Positions 29,779-38,648 of a stretch of DNA of 64,000 nucleotides are shown in pieces. The position numbers were made by a program, and so were the translations under genes. This stretch comes from a virus: positions 28,374-92,373 of the IMG/VR virus record IMGVR_UViG_3300026519_000008, one strand, 5' to 3'. Below the pieces are notes generated by a model. That model was not told where the DNA came from. It saw nothing but the letters and a program-made list of their open reading frames with translations, and ran no database searches. The number at the start of each line of letters is the position of its first letter. Position 1 is the first letter of the stretch.

Positions 29779-29988
29779 TTATTCGTCTTCCTGCTTGAGC
29801 TTGTAACTCTCAGGTACCTTGAACTTAAAAGATAACCCTGAGCACTTTTCGACCACCCTCAGTTCCTTCTGCAACAGTCGCCACACGAACTTGATTGCAT
29901 CATCAGGCTTGACTTGAGGAGGAATGGTGGCCGTTACCGTCAGATCGACTTTGATTCCCTGCTTTCTGATTGTTCTTGGGTCAGCCAT
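29779..29988 (-). CDS. hypothetical protein
   Basis: 69-aa ORF ending before the terminator. Confidence 0.55.
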   Translation of the reverse strand: MADPRTIRKQGIKVDLTVTATIPPQVKPDDAIKFVWRLLQKELRVVEKCSGLSFKFKVPESYKLKQEDE

Positions 29989-30290
29989 TCAGTCAATTCC
30001 CCTGATTTGATGAGTTTGTTGAAATACTTGTTTTCAGCCGTCAGAGCCTCTTCCCGCAACGGCCACCGTTTTGCGTCATCAAAGCTTGTAGCAGTAAAGC
30101 CTCCTTCGGCCAGAAATTCGCCAGCGTTAGGACCTACTTGAAGCTTCACCCACCAATTCCCGGCCTCGTCCGCCTCTACAATTGATGCTCGGATAATTGT
30201 CTTTGCCCCCTCCAGTCCGCCAACGATAGAGTCGCACCACAGCCCGATAATTGTACCATCAGGCTTGATTACATAGGCCCGCTCCATCAC
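29940..30290 (-). CDS. small protein of the type accompanying DUF1257/DUF2997 clusters
   Basis: VIKPDG...IIRASIVE.DE.G.WW...REEAL.AE pattern. Confidence 0.6.
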   Translation of the reverse strand: MMERAYVIKPDGTIIGLWCDSIVGGLEGAKTIIRASIVEADEAGNWWVKLQVGPNAGEFLAEGGFTATSFDDAKRWPLREEALTAENKYFNKLIKSGELTEWLTQEQSESRESKSI

Positions 30291-30475
30291 CGCACCTTGG
30301 TGCGTGCATAGTCACGCTTGTAATAGTCAGATGTCTTTTCCTGCTCCAGTACACTGCCAAGCTGCTGCATCATCTTTGCGGTGGCCTCCACACACGCAGG
30401 TCCTGCCACCCCGTTGACCTCCATCGTGATCATCCCATCCTTTGAGATCTTGAAAGTCACCCGCTTCTTTTTCAT
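30287..30475 (-). CDS. DUF2997 family protein
   Basis: F.ISKDG.I.MEV.GV.G.AC.EAT....LG.V.....TSDYY. Confidence 0.85.
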   Translation of the reverse strand: MKKKRVTFKISKDGMITMEVNGVAGPACVEATAKMMQQLGSVLEQEKTSDYYKRDYARTKVR

Positions 30476-30486
30476 CCCGATCCTCC

Positions 30487-30840
30487 TTAGAAGTTCATCA
30501 CCAGAACACGATTGCCCATGTTGTCAGTGGTCACAGAGCTGACCGTCCCGCCAGACCGAGAAGCCTGCTTCCGAATCACAGCCTCAGCATATTCCTGGCA
30601 GAACTTCTGCCCATTGGTACGATCCATCCAATACCAATCATGCTTGACGTCCCCATCCTTGGTGATGATCAGAGCCGGGCGGTCCTTCGACCCCAAAATA
30701 ACGCAGTCTTCCTCAGTCCACCCGGCATACTTGTTGCGGAACTGCTGGTCCCTGTGGACCTCAATTCCGAGCCGCTTGGCAGTTCCCTCCATCAGTCTCT
30801 TGTCTGTTACCTTAAGCAGCAGCTTGGTCATGTGAGACAT
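30487..30840 (-). CDS. DUF1257 (Ycf35-like) protein
   Basis: MSH N-terminus, D.Y...F.QEYA, C-terminal G..VLV; adjacent to DUF2997. Confidence 0.72.
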   Translation of the reverse strand: MSHMTKLLLKVTDKRLMEGTAKRLGIEVHRDQQFRNKYAGWTEEDCVILGSKDRPALIITKDGDVKHDWYWMDRTNGQKFCQEYAEAVIRKQASRSGGTVSSVTTDNMGNRVLVMNF

Positions 30841-30854
30841 TTCTTTCTCCTTTC

Positions 30855-31376
30855 CTATGTTGCCGTGAATGGACGGATTTTCCTCCGGCTACCCAATTTG
30901 GGAGTCGGAAGACCTCGTTCAATTTTGATCATCTTCTTGAGCAGGGGTTTTGGTGGAAGCCTCTGATTCTTCAGCATTTTCCAGGAGATAGAGTTTGCCA
31001 GAACCAGCTGTTTCTCAAACACTTCCTTGCTAGACATGAATTTAGCCTTGGCCTTAAACCCAAACTCCACCGGCCACAGATCAAACGGCCTGATGGTGAC
31101 AGTCTGGATATCATCCCCAGGTTTCAGCAGCCGCAGATATAATGACAGACTTTTTGCTGGCCGTCCAAACTCTGTCTGGTAGATGAAAAGCTTAACGTAT
31201 TGGGTTGGTATTTGGTACTTGCTACCTGTTCCTATCGAGGTAGCCATACCAAATCTTGCGGCCTCCCACAAGGGAGTTTCTTCTTGGTCAGATAGTAGGA
31301 AGAGAAAGAACTTCACCGTTTTGGTGTCGTTTTTTCCAGTTTTAACCCCACCTGAGAATTCCACTTCATAATGCAT
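30855..31376 (-). CDS. hypothetical protein
   Basis: Start re-placed to MHYEVEF, downstream of the promoter and palindrome. Confidence 0.65.
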   Translation of the reverse strand: MHYEVEFSGGVKTGKNDTKTVKFFLFLLSDQEETPLWEAARFGMATSIGTGSKYQIPTQYVKLFIYQTEFGRPAKSLSLYLRLLKPGDDIQTVTIRPFDLWPVEFGFKAKAKFMSSKEVFEKQLVLANSISWKMLKNQRLPPKPLLKKMIKIERGLPTPKLGSRRKIRPFTAT

Positions 31377-31418
31377 TTGACCCTCACCTGAAATTGATTT
31401 CAACCCGCCATGAATGGA

Positions 31419-31448
31419 ATGATAACAGAACCGACGGGTGTTTGTCAA
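31419..31448 (-). promoter_or_regulatory. sigma70-type promoter TTGACA-N18-TATCAT
   Basis: TG-extended; palindrome 31389-31402 just downstream of the predicted start site. Confidence 0.8.
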
Positions 31449-31464
31449 CCATTGGTTCTTCCAC

Positions 31465-31505
31465 AAATAAAACGAGGCCCCCTGCGGGCGGACACAGGGG
31501 GCCTC
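31465..31505 (-). terminator. intrinsic terminator after the portal gene
   Basis: GAGGCCCCCTG/CAGGGGGCCTC stem followed by GTTTTATTT. Confidence 0.75.
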
Positions 31506-31529
31506 TGGCGGACACCGAAGGGCAGGCGG

Positions 31530-33686
31530 TTACCCTTCGGGGCGTTGACTCTTTGAGAACTTAGCTACTAGTTTAACAAGTTTTTCAGCGATGTCAAGAT
31601 TAATCTTTTCCGCATTAGTCAGATTGTTCGGCACTTGAGGATCATCATTCATACTAGTGTCTGAGCTTGTACTATCCGGCTCGATCCCTAATAGTTCTGA
31701 TGCAACATTCCCGACAACAGACTGCAACACCGGAATCGGAACCTGAGACCAGTCCTCATTGTAGAGCTGAATGTCCTCTCCCAACACCTTGTTAGCATAT
31801 TCGATCAGCTCATCAATTGTGAATGCTCCGTACTGGAGCATGTACGGGAAGCTCTTCTGTGCCAGCTCATCCAACACCAGTTCCGGACCCTTCGACCGAA
31901 CCCTGAGCCTCTGCACTCCCAGCTCCATACTGATAAGCCGGTGGAAGGTGTTGTCGAAGGCCTCCCGTTCAGGACGAAAGATTTGTTCTTCCGCCACCGC
32001 TCTGGCCACCGTTGCAGTATTGCCTTGAATCGAAACCTTTCCATTCCGTCGTGTTACAAACAGCTGGTTAGGTACCCCAAAACAATAGACCTTACCCTTA
32101 TACGGGACAATATCAAGATCATCCGGCAGTGTAACTGTAGCTGTAGTTTTACTTTCTGCCATAAACTTATAAGACCCAACCGTCAAATGCTCAGCACGCA
32201 CAAACTCCCAGTTATCTGTATCTGCTCGTTTAACCCACATTCTGTGGTTGGGAGTTACCAGTACATCTTGGTTTCTATTAGAAAAGTGATACATCGGGCC
32301 GTCATGATCGTACACATAAAAGCCGTGCGGCAGTTCAAACTCAATCTCCTCTGTGTCTGGATTATACGTAGCTACTTTCATCCCATCCTTGTACTCATAC
32401 CAGTATTTCCAACCCTGATCTGTCAAGGTTTGAGTATCACTAGAAAAACATGCGTAATTATAATCATCAGAAGCTCCTATGAATAATGCCGGGAGTCTCA
32501 TAGCCTCCCGCACATGGCGCTTCCCGTTCTCTGTATACCGGACGAACATTGCATCATCTTTTCTGAACTCGATCATAGGCTTGATGTCAATCCTCGCCCC
32601 TGTAGCCGTGTCGTCAATTCCACCTGCCGAAGCCCCCTCAGCCTCTAGCACCAATGTCTTGTTGAATTGCTGAGTGCCCTTACACTCACTCAGCAGATCA
32701 ATTAGATCATCCAAGGATTCCTCAGTCAGCGTTCCTCCCGACACTGTAATGATCAACGGTGGGATACCCTGATTATCGAATAGGTCATAGTTCACGAAGT
32801 CTGCTCGGTTGAGTCCGATCACAGTGTAGATAGTACCTACCCAACGTGGGATACCATACGTTCCAGTCCCGATCTTAAAATGGATAAGTTCGGAGGCCGG
32901 GGTGAAAGCTTTACCATTCTCCAACAGCTCCGCCACATATTTCCGGTACTCAGCATCCCTGGTATCTCTGAAAACTCTCCCGGTTTCAGAGCACATCACT
33001 CGTGGATCTCGGTATTCCTTGTAGTACCTTTTAACCGTAGTAGTCTCAGCTTCGTTGTTCACGATTTTGTATGCCTGTACGAACTTCCGAAACCTTTTCA
33101 ACGCTGGGACTTTAATTGTCTGACCCCGCCTTACAACTTCTACACTTACCGCCACAGGCTCACCTTCCAATGCACAGAGCCTAGTCTTCCTTGAATCTGC
33201 CCAAAAGAACAACGAGGGTTCACCCCTAACATTTCTCACCACTTCGATATATCCATTCCCTGTGACCTCAAGGTCACGGCGTACCTTTTTCCGAATGTCC
33301 TGCATAGTCTCTTCAGCATTCGGATGTTCCATGATCTCTTTTAGAATCTGCTTTTCCTTCGTCACTACATCATCTGGAATATCGGCCAGCATTCCAGTTA
33401 CCGGCTCGTATTCAAAACCAAACCCGTCAATGTTAGTGACGTATGCCTCCACACACTGAGGCAAAACACTAGACTCCTCATACAACTGGTAGAGCCTATC
33501 TGGAGAGTACGGAGGCTTCAGAATGTTCGAGCCCTGCGTATCATAAAGCTGGCCAAACAGATCGTCATTTTCTACCTGTCTGGAATACTGATTCTGCTCA
33601 TCCGTGGCCTGCTTGGCCACCACCTTTTTTGTTGTCCTCAACTGCCGCCGCTTGGTGGTTCTAGTAAGGTTATCTGTACCAGCCAT
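31530..33686 (-). CDS. portal protein (PBSX/HK97-like) with mini-intein
   Basis: PPY, DLEVTGNGYIEVVRN..G, ELIHF..YGIPRW, FDNQGIP, TIDE. Confidence 0.85.
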   Translation of the reverse strand: MAGTDNLTRTTKRRQLRTTKKVVAKQATDEQNQYSRQVENDDLFGQLYDTQGSNILKPPYSPDRLYQLYEESSVLPQCVEAYVTNIDGFGFEYEPVTGMLADIPDDVVTKEKQILKEIMEHPNAEETMQDIRKKVRRDLEVTGNGYIEVVRNVRGEPSLFFWADSRKTRLCALEGEPVAVSVEVVRRGQTIKVPALKRFRKFVQAYKIVNNEAETTTVKRYYKEYRDPRVMCSETGRVFRDTRDAEYRKYVAELLENGKAFTPASELIHFKIGTGTYGIPRWVGTIYTVIGLNRADFVNYDLFDNQGIPPLIITVSGGTLTEESLDDLIDLLSECKGTQQFNKTLVLEAEGASAGGIDDTATGARIDIKPMIEFRKDDAMFVRYTENGKRHVREAMRLPALFIGASDDYNYACFSSDTQTLTDQGWKYWYEYKDGMKVATYNPDTEEIEFELPHGFYVYDHDGPMYHFSNRNQDVLVTPNHRMWVKRADTDNWEFVRAEHLTVGSYKFMAESKTTATVTLPDDLDIVPYKGKVYCFGVPNQLFVTRRNGKVSIQGNTATVARAVAEEQIFRPEREAFDNTFHRLISMELGVQRLRVRSKGPELVLDELAQKSFPYMLQYGAFTIDELIEYANKVLGEDIQLYNEDWSQVPIPVLQSVVGNVASELLGIEPDSTSSDTSMNDDPQVPNNLTNAEKINLDIAEKLVKLVAKFSKSQRPEG
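32019..32450 (-). mobile_element. mini-intein (144 aa, no endonuclease)
   Basis: Starts CFSSDTQTLT..GW, block B VTPNH, ends VYC..VPN..FVTRRNGK..IQGN followed by Thr+1. Confidence 0.9.
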
Positions 33687-33712
33687 CTCTACTCTCCTCG
33701 CGTGGGGAAAGA

Positions 33713-36337
33713 TTAGAATGTGTATTCCTGCATATCCCCAAGATTTCTCCCCAGTTTCATATCCACTACTAACGGAACCGTGAGTTTGATTCCAAACCGT
33801 TCCAACGGCAGGTTTTCCATCGTGTCTTTCAGCTGCTTTGCTTTCACATCAACCTTATCTTCGTCAACCAAGAATATCAGTTCGTCATGGATAAATAAAC
33901 TAAGATCGACAGTACGACCATCTATAAGCCCAGTCTCATCCGCAATCAGAGCCCCGAACAGTGTCGTGTCAGATCCAGCCCCCTGGATAGGTGTATTGAT
34001 AGCAATCCGCTCATCCGCCGACCGCTTGTCACTATCCTGAGAATGGATATTCGGTGTTCTCCGAATTCTACCGAATGGTGTTCTGATATATCCGTATTTC
34101 CGTGCGAAGGCAATTTCCCTCTTATGCCAGTTTGGAAGTTCTTTGTACAGCTCATACAAGAACGTATGCCTCCAAGCCTCCGCCTCTTCCAAGGAGAGCA
34201 CCACCCCGTACTCATCCCTGGCATAAATCTGAAACCCTCTTCCACCCATTCCGTAGATCAACCCAAAATTCACAGCCTTCGCATTCTGCCTCATAGACTT
34301 TGTGACTTCATCCAACTTTACCTTCATGATGGCAGAGGCCGTCAGGCGATGTAGATCTAATCCTTGCTGATAGGCCCTGGTCATCTTCCTATCACCGGAC
34401 CTATACGCAGTCCATCTCAATTCATTTTGTGAATAGTCCAGGGCCAAGAAGCATTTCCCTTCCGGCGCAACCAATAACTGCCTAATCCATTTCGCAATCT
34501 CTTTATTCCGTTTCGGGATGTTCTGGAGGTTTGGGTTCCGAGAGCCTGTTCGGCCTGTGGCCGTATTTACCGTTGAGATTTGTGTATGCAGTTTTCCGTC
34601 TTCATGAACTGCATTCTCAAACCCTGTCAGGTACGTGGTAAATAATTTCCTGTACGGACCCCATTGAGAGAGAAGCTCAATAAATCTTGCTGGAGGACTA
34701 TCAATTTCAAGTTCCTCTCGCACTCTGGCCAGTAGCTTCTTCCCTATAGCTATTTTGCCTGTGGCAGTTTTGCCTGGAGATTTAAGCCCGAAACCGTCTT
34801 TGCTGAACAGGACATCCCGCACCAGATCCCCTCTGCTCAGCCTAATGCCTTTACTTTTATGCTTTTCCAAGACAGCTTCTGGAATAAGCTCAATGGCCTC
34901 CTGCTCAAGCCGCCTGATCAATTTAGCAACGTTGTCCTTGACCCTGGGTAGGCCCTCAAGATCAAAATTTACCCCCGTCCTTTCGATTTTATGGAGGACC
35001 CTTGTGGTTACCGGTTGTACGAACCTAACGTAGTAATTTAGCAGTTTTTTGTCAGATCGAATCTTGTCCCGTAGAATCAGACCGCAGGCTAAAGTCGTAG
35101 CAGTATCAGCACACGCGTAGAATTCGTACTCTTCCGGATGCTTTGACAGTGATCCCAACATGTCCGTTTTATCTACCAGATTTTGACTTTTGTGATCGGC
35201 CCTCTCAGGGCAGAATGCCCGCTGAATATCAGCCAGTGAGGCTACTTTATGCACATCTGGGTCTAAACAGTGAGCAGCAGTCTGAACGTCCATCACGTAC
35301 ATTTGGATCTTATCGGCATCCAACCCCAACCACTCGAACTGATGCAGGTCATACCCTGTCATCATGTACTTCTTAATGTCCCGCCGGTACAGCAGTTCTC
35401 GTAACTCTGCTACTTTTTGTTCGTAGTTTTCAGCCTTGCGGATAAAGATCTTGGTCGGAATCTTAGTTTTCGAGTCCTTAGGTGCCCGATCCCAGGTAAT
35501 GACCTTATCATGCTCTCCAGCCTTACATTCTTCCCACAGCACAATATTGTAGCCACCATCCACCGAGTCACTTACTGAATAAGACACCACTACATGATTA
35601 CTACTCCACCGATCATTGCCCTGAGTCTCCGTATCAAGCGCCACACTGAAATTCTTGCGGTCCAATAAAAACTGAATTGAGTCAACAGTCCGGGTAGCTA
35701 AACCGGCTACCTCTACAGGCTTATAGTTGTTCCTGACCATCTGAGCTACTTTGTCCATATCCGGCCGCCAGTAGGTCAGATTTTTTCTATCACGAAGACA
35801 GAAAGCCGGGTGGTACGTGGGAAACATCCAGCACTTGAATTCTTCTGAGTATTGAGGAATCCCACGTTTCTTGGTTATACCAGATTGCTTGAGAAGTTGG
35901 TGTAGAGCCACATTCCCGAACAGCACTATCAATTTAGGCTGCACATATTTGATAGCCGTCTCCAGAGCAGGACGACAGCATTTCTCAGCCAGTTTTATTT
36001 CTCTGTCTGTTAAACCGTGCGGCTGCCTCTCAGACCGCTTGATAATCATGCAGCGACACGCATTGGCAATAAAAATGGGCTCTTCTGAGAGCCCAATTTC
36101 TACTAGGACTCTATCCACCAATTTTCCAGAGTCCCCAATGAATGGTTTCTTTTTGTACACCTCCCACGCACCTGGGCTCTCCCCAACTATCATCAAATCC
36201 GCTGTTTTACTTCCTCTAAAACCAACTTCGTCATAAACAGCATGAACCTTCACATGCCCGCTAGTGTATGCCCTGACCTCCAGCTGACCCTTCCATTTAT
36301 TGCAGGGGCAGTTTGCACAGTCTGTCATCCGTGCCAT
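33713..36337 (-). CDS. polA: family A DNA polymerase with N-terminal uracil-DNA glycosylase-like domain
   Basis: UDG4: CANC, VGESPG, PFIG.SG, NACRC, YHPA; exonuclease DTET; polymerase TGR.GS.NPNLQNIP, DYSQNELR, KAVNFGLIYG, IHDE. Confidence 0.94.
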   Translation of the reverse strand: MARMTDCANCPCNKWKGQLEVRAYTSGHVKVHAVYDEVGFRGSKTADLMIVGESPGAWEVYKKKPFIGDSGKLVDRVLVEIGLSEEPIFIANACRCMIIKRSERQPHGLTDREIKLAEKCCRPALETAIKYVQPKLIVLFGNVALHQLLKQSGITKKRGIPQYSEEFKCWMFPTYHPAFCLRDRKNLTYWRPDMDKVAQMVRNNYKPVEVAGLATRTVDSIQFLLDRKNFSVALDTETQGNDRWSSNHVVVSYSVSDSVDGGYNIVLWEECKAGEHDKVITWDRAPKDSKTKIPTKIFIRKAENYEQKVAELRELLYRRDIKKYMMTGYDLHQFEWLGLDADKIQMYVMDVQTAAHCLDPDVHKVASLADIQRAFCPERADHKSQNLVDKTDMLGSLSKHPEEYEFYACADTATTLACGLILRDKIRSDKKLLNYYVRFVQPVTTRVLHKIERTGVNFDLEGLPRVKDNVAKLIRRLEQEAIELIPEAVLEKHKSKGIRLSRGDLVRDVLFSKDGFGLKSPGKTATGKIAIGKKLLARVREELEIDSPPARFIELLSQWGPYRKLFTTYLTGFENAVHEDGKLHTQISTVNTATGRTGSRNPNLQNIPKRNKEIAKWIRQLLVAPEGKCFLALDYSQNELRWTAYRSGDRKMTRAYQQGLDLHRLTASAIMKVKLDEVTKSMRQNAKAVNFGLIYGMGGRGFQIYARDEYGVVLSLEEAEAWRHTFLYELYKELPNWHKREIAFARKYGYIRTPFGRIRRTPNIHSQDSDKRSADERIAINTPIQGAGSDTTLFGALIADETGLIDGRTVDLSLFIHDELIFLVDEDKVDVKAKQLKDTMENLPLERFGIKLTVPLVVDMKLGRNLGDMQEYTF

Positions 36338-36366
36338 ACGCCTACCTTCCGTCTGAAATTGATTTC

Positions 36367-36417
36367 AAAAAAGCTGGGCCGTTTCCCGGGAGGCGAGGCG
36401 GGACGGAAACGACCCAG
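36367..36417 (-). terminator. intrinsic terminator between the lysis block and polA
   Basis: CTGGGTCGTTTCC/GGAAACGGCCCAG stem followed by CTTTTTT. Confidence 0.7.
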
Positions 36418-36469
36418 AAAAAAACCAGCTAATCCAGGCCGCTCCGCATAACCACCCAGGATCACAGGG

Positions 36470-36498
36470 ATAATAGCAGAAAAGGGCCCGATTGTCAA
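36470..36498 (-). promoter_or_regulatory. sigma70-type promoter TTGACA-N17-TATTAT
   Basis: Near-consensus, TG-extended, immediately after the endolysin stop. Confidence 0.75.
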
Positions 36499-37029
36499 TC
36501 AAGCATTCATGATACGATCATACCAGCCCGCCCTGAAAGTAGGATTGCCTACCCGCACACGAACATACGCCTCCCCCTTCAACCCTCCCAGAATCGCCCC
36601 TGGATACCTATACGAGTTAACTTCCCGGAGAGTCTTGTCACCGATCCATCCATCGACCACCAACTTATGCTTGTTGTGCAGTAGGTTAATCGTTACCTGC
36701 AAAAACCTGGCCGCTCTTGGAAGACCAAAAAGCACAGAGAGTCCGAATAGTTTATCCGCAACAACTTGGCTGTTGATTTCACCCATTCTCCCTTTGTCCC
36801 AGAAGTATCGCTGGAATAGCGATTTCACGATCGGGATGGTAAGAGCTTGAACATCCAGGTAATTGATCACCCCATCGTTAGTAAGATCACCCTCAGGGAT
36901 ATTCTTCAACCATGCCAGTGACACTCCATACTTTGTAGTACCACCAGGATCTTCTGGATGGTCAACAAAACCGCCCTCTTTTTCCAATAACAATTTGAAC
37001 GCCCTATCAAAGTCAGCCATTACACCCAC
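36499..37029 (-). CDS. endolysin, glycoside hydrolase family 108
   Basis: EGGFVDHPEDPGGTTKYGV, VDGWIG..T peptidoglycan-binding motif, F.AGW..R. Confidence 0.9.
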   Translation of the reverse strand: MGVMADFDRAFKLLLEKEGGFVDHPEDPGGTTKYGVSLAWLKNIPEGDLTNDGVINYLDVQALTIPIVKSLFQRYFWDKGRMGEINSQVVADKLFGLSVLFGLPRAARFLQVTINLLHNKHKLVVDGWIGDKTLREVNSYRYPGAILGGLKGEAYVRVRVGNPTFRAGWYDRIMNA

Positions 37030-37427
37030 TCCTCCAAAACACTAAGCTGCCGGAAGTTCCTGGATTCATTCTTGTCATTCCAGAAAGACGTACCGCCAAA
37101 CAACTTGACGGCGTAATAATACTTCTTTGCCCGCCGCTTCCGCAGCCATCTAAGAAACCCCCAACTTGTATTCGCGTCGATGATCCTACACATATTATTC
37201 AAAAAAACCCTGTCGGCCTCCTCTTTATCCGACAGGGTGTCTCCAACCGCATACATCCAATCATGAATCTCACACGCTGGGCGCACCGAAAGCCCGTACA
37301 GTGTATCTGGCACCAACCAGTCTCCTAATTTTCCAGGACCACAGCCCCCAGTAACTACAGCCCTTACTTTGGGATCGGCTTCCCAATACGACTCTGGAGC
37401 GTACAGCTTAACGTCTCTCATGATCAA
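37020..37427 (-). CDS. phospholipase A2-like / DUF1353-like protein
   Basis: GCG...ACEIHDWMY...EADRVFL.NM...YY.AV..FG. Confidence 0.55.
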   Translation of the reverse strand: MIMRDVKLYAPESYWEADPKVRAVVTGGCGPGKLGDWLVPDTLYGLSVRPACEIHDWMYAVGDTLSDKEEADRVFLNNMCRIIDANTSWGFLRWLRKRRAKKYYYAVKLFGGTSFWNDKNESRNFRQLSVLEEWV

Positions 37428-37429
37428 TC

Positions 37430-37630
37430 CTAGGAGTCTAAGTTATCAGGATTGTTCTTACACACCTCGCAGCCTTCCAATTCCCTTAAAAGTTGAATCA
37501 ACTCGTTGACCCATAGAGTCAACCTTTGCATGTTTCTATCATCATGATATTTAGTAGCCGAAACCTCGGCCACTAAAATGATCTTCTGTACTAACCCTCT
37601 TATCTCATGCAAAACCTCGATGCCAGTCAT
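37430..37630 (-). CDS. hypothetical protein
   Basis: 66-aa ORF in the lysis block. Confidence 0.5.
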   Translation of the reverse strand: MTGIEVLHEIRGLVQKIILVAEVSATKYHDDRNMQRLTLWVNELIQLLRELEGCEVCKNNPDNLDS

Positions 37631-37650
37631 TCATCATGTCCCCTCTTAGG

Positions 37651-38286
37651 CTAAGGACGCTCATCACGTTTCATCAGTGATTTACTTATATCGTCCATAG
37701 TTCTTGAAATTTCCAGTAGGATTTCTGTTTCCTTCTTTTCGTTTTCTAAAATCAGTGCTGTTACCGTCTTATCCTGTTGTACTGGTGGACGATTACCAAG
37801 AGACGACCCAAACCATCCCAACAACACTAGCAGCCCCGCCGTTAGAATCGGCTGAGTGATCCTGAAAATTCTATCAGACAATCTTCTATTGTGCTCAGCG
37901 TGTAGTTTATCATGCTCCTTCTGCCAAATCTGAAGGGCTGCCAATGTCTTAGTAACATCCCGCAGTGTGATATCCAGAGCATGATTCTGCTCCATTGCTT
38001 GCGTGACCGTTTTCGACAACATACTTTCTAACCTATCCAACTTTTCACACATTGTGCTTTGCCATCCTGGCAGTTGCTCAAGCACAGCATGGGCAGACTG
38101 CATCCAACTAGACGCACTGACCATAAACTGCGCATGGCTTTCCTGCACAGAAGGATCAGCACAATCTCCGGTTTTAATCAAATCATCTGGTGGTCTTCTC
38201 AAAGAAGCAGTCTGCGGCTGCACAGAAGCATCTCCATGGTTGAAATCAATTTCAGGATGCCCGGGCTGTTCAATCATAATTTCCAC
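37651..38286 (-). CDS. single-TM coiled-coil membrane protein (holin/spanin candidate)
   Basis: ILTAGLLVLLGWFG transmembrane segment; upstream of the endolysin. Confidence 0.5.
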   Translation of the reverse strand: MEIMIEQPGHPEIDFNHGDASVQPQTASLRRPPDDLIKTGDCADPSVQESHAQFMVSASSWMQSAHAVLEQLPGWQSTMCEKLDRLESMLSKTVTQAMEQNHALDITLRDVTKTLAALQIWQKEHDKLHAEHNRRLSDRIFRITQPILTAGLLVLLGWFGSSLGNRPPVQQDKTVTALILENEKKETEILLEISRTMDDISKSLMKRDERP

Positions 38287-38312
38287 AGTTTCATCAAAGA
38301 GCGGCGGAAGGA

Positions 38313-38636
38313 TTAAAGCTGTCTTACCTCAAACGAAAGAGAATCAGACCAAACAATCCCCTCTGGATTATCAACGTCTACTGTTTCAAAGATCCCCTTG
38401 TTGTAGATACCAGGTACAAAATTAGCTAAGCCGGGTTGGATTAAGATCTTACCAGCCCCCACCGACCCGGTGACATCAAACAAGCTGGCATTATCCACCG
38501 AATTGATAGAAATCGACCCTAGCGTAAGTGTAGCTTTTGTCAGAAGGGCCAGATTGTATGGAGAACCGTCAGCTGTAGTCAGCGTAACTACCAGCCGGTT
38601 GTCTTTACCCAGCCAAATTGGAACGGGGGTAGCCAT
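38313..38636 (-). CDS. virion structural protein (BppU-like Ig fold, tentative)
   Basis: LTTADGSPYNL...GKI pattern; tail-block context. Confidence 0.5.
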   Translation of the reverse strand: MATPVPIWLGKDNRLVVTLTTADGSPYNLALLTKATLTLGSISINSVDNASLFDVTGSVGAGKILIQPGLANFVPGIYNKGIFETVDVDNPEGIVWSDSLSFEVRQL

Positions 38637-38648
38637 GGCGTTACCCTT

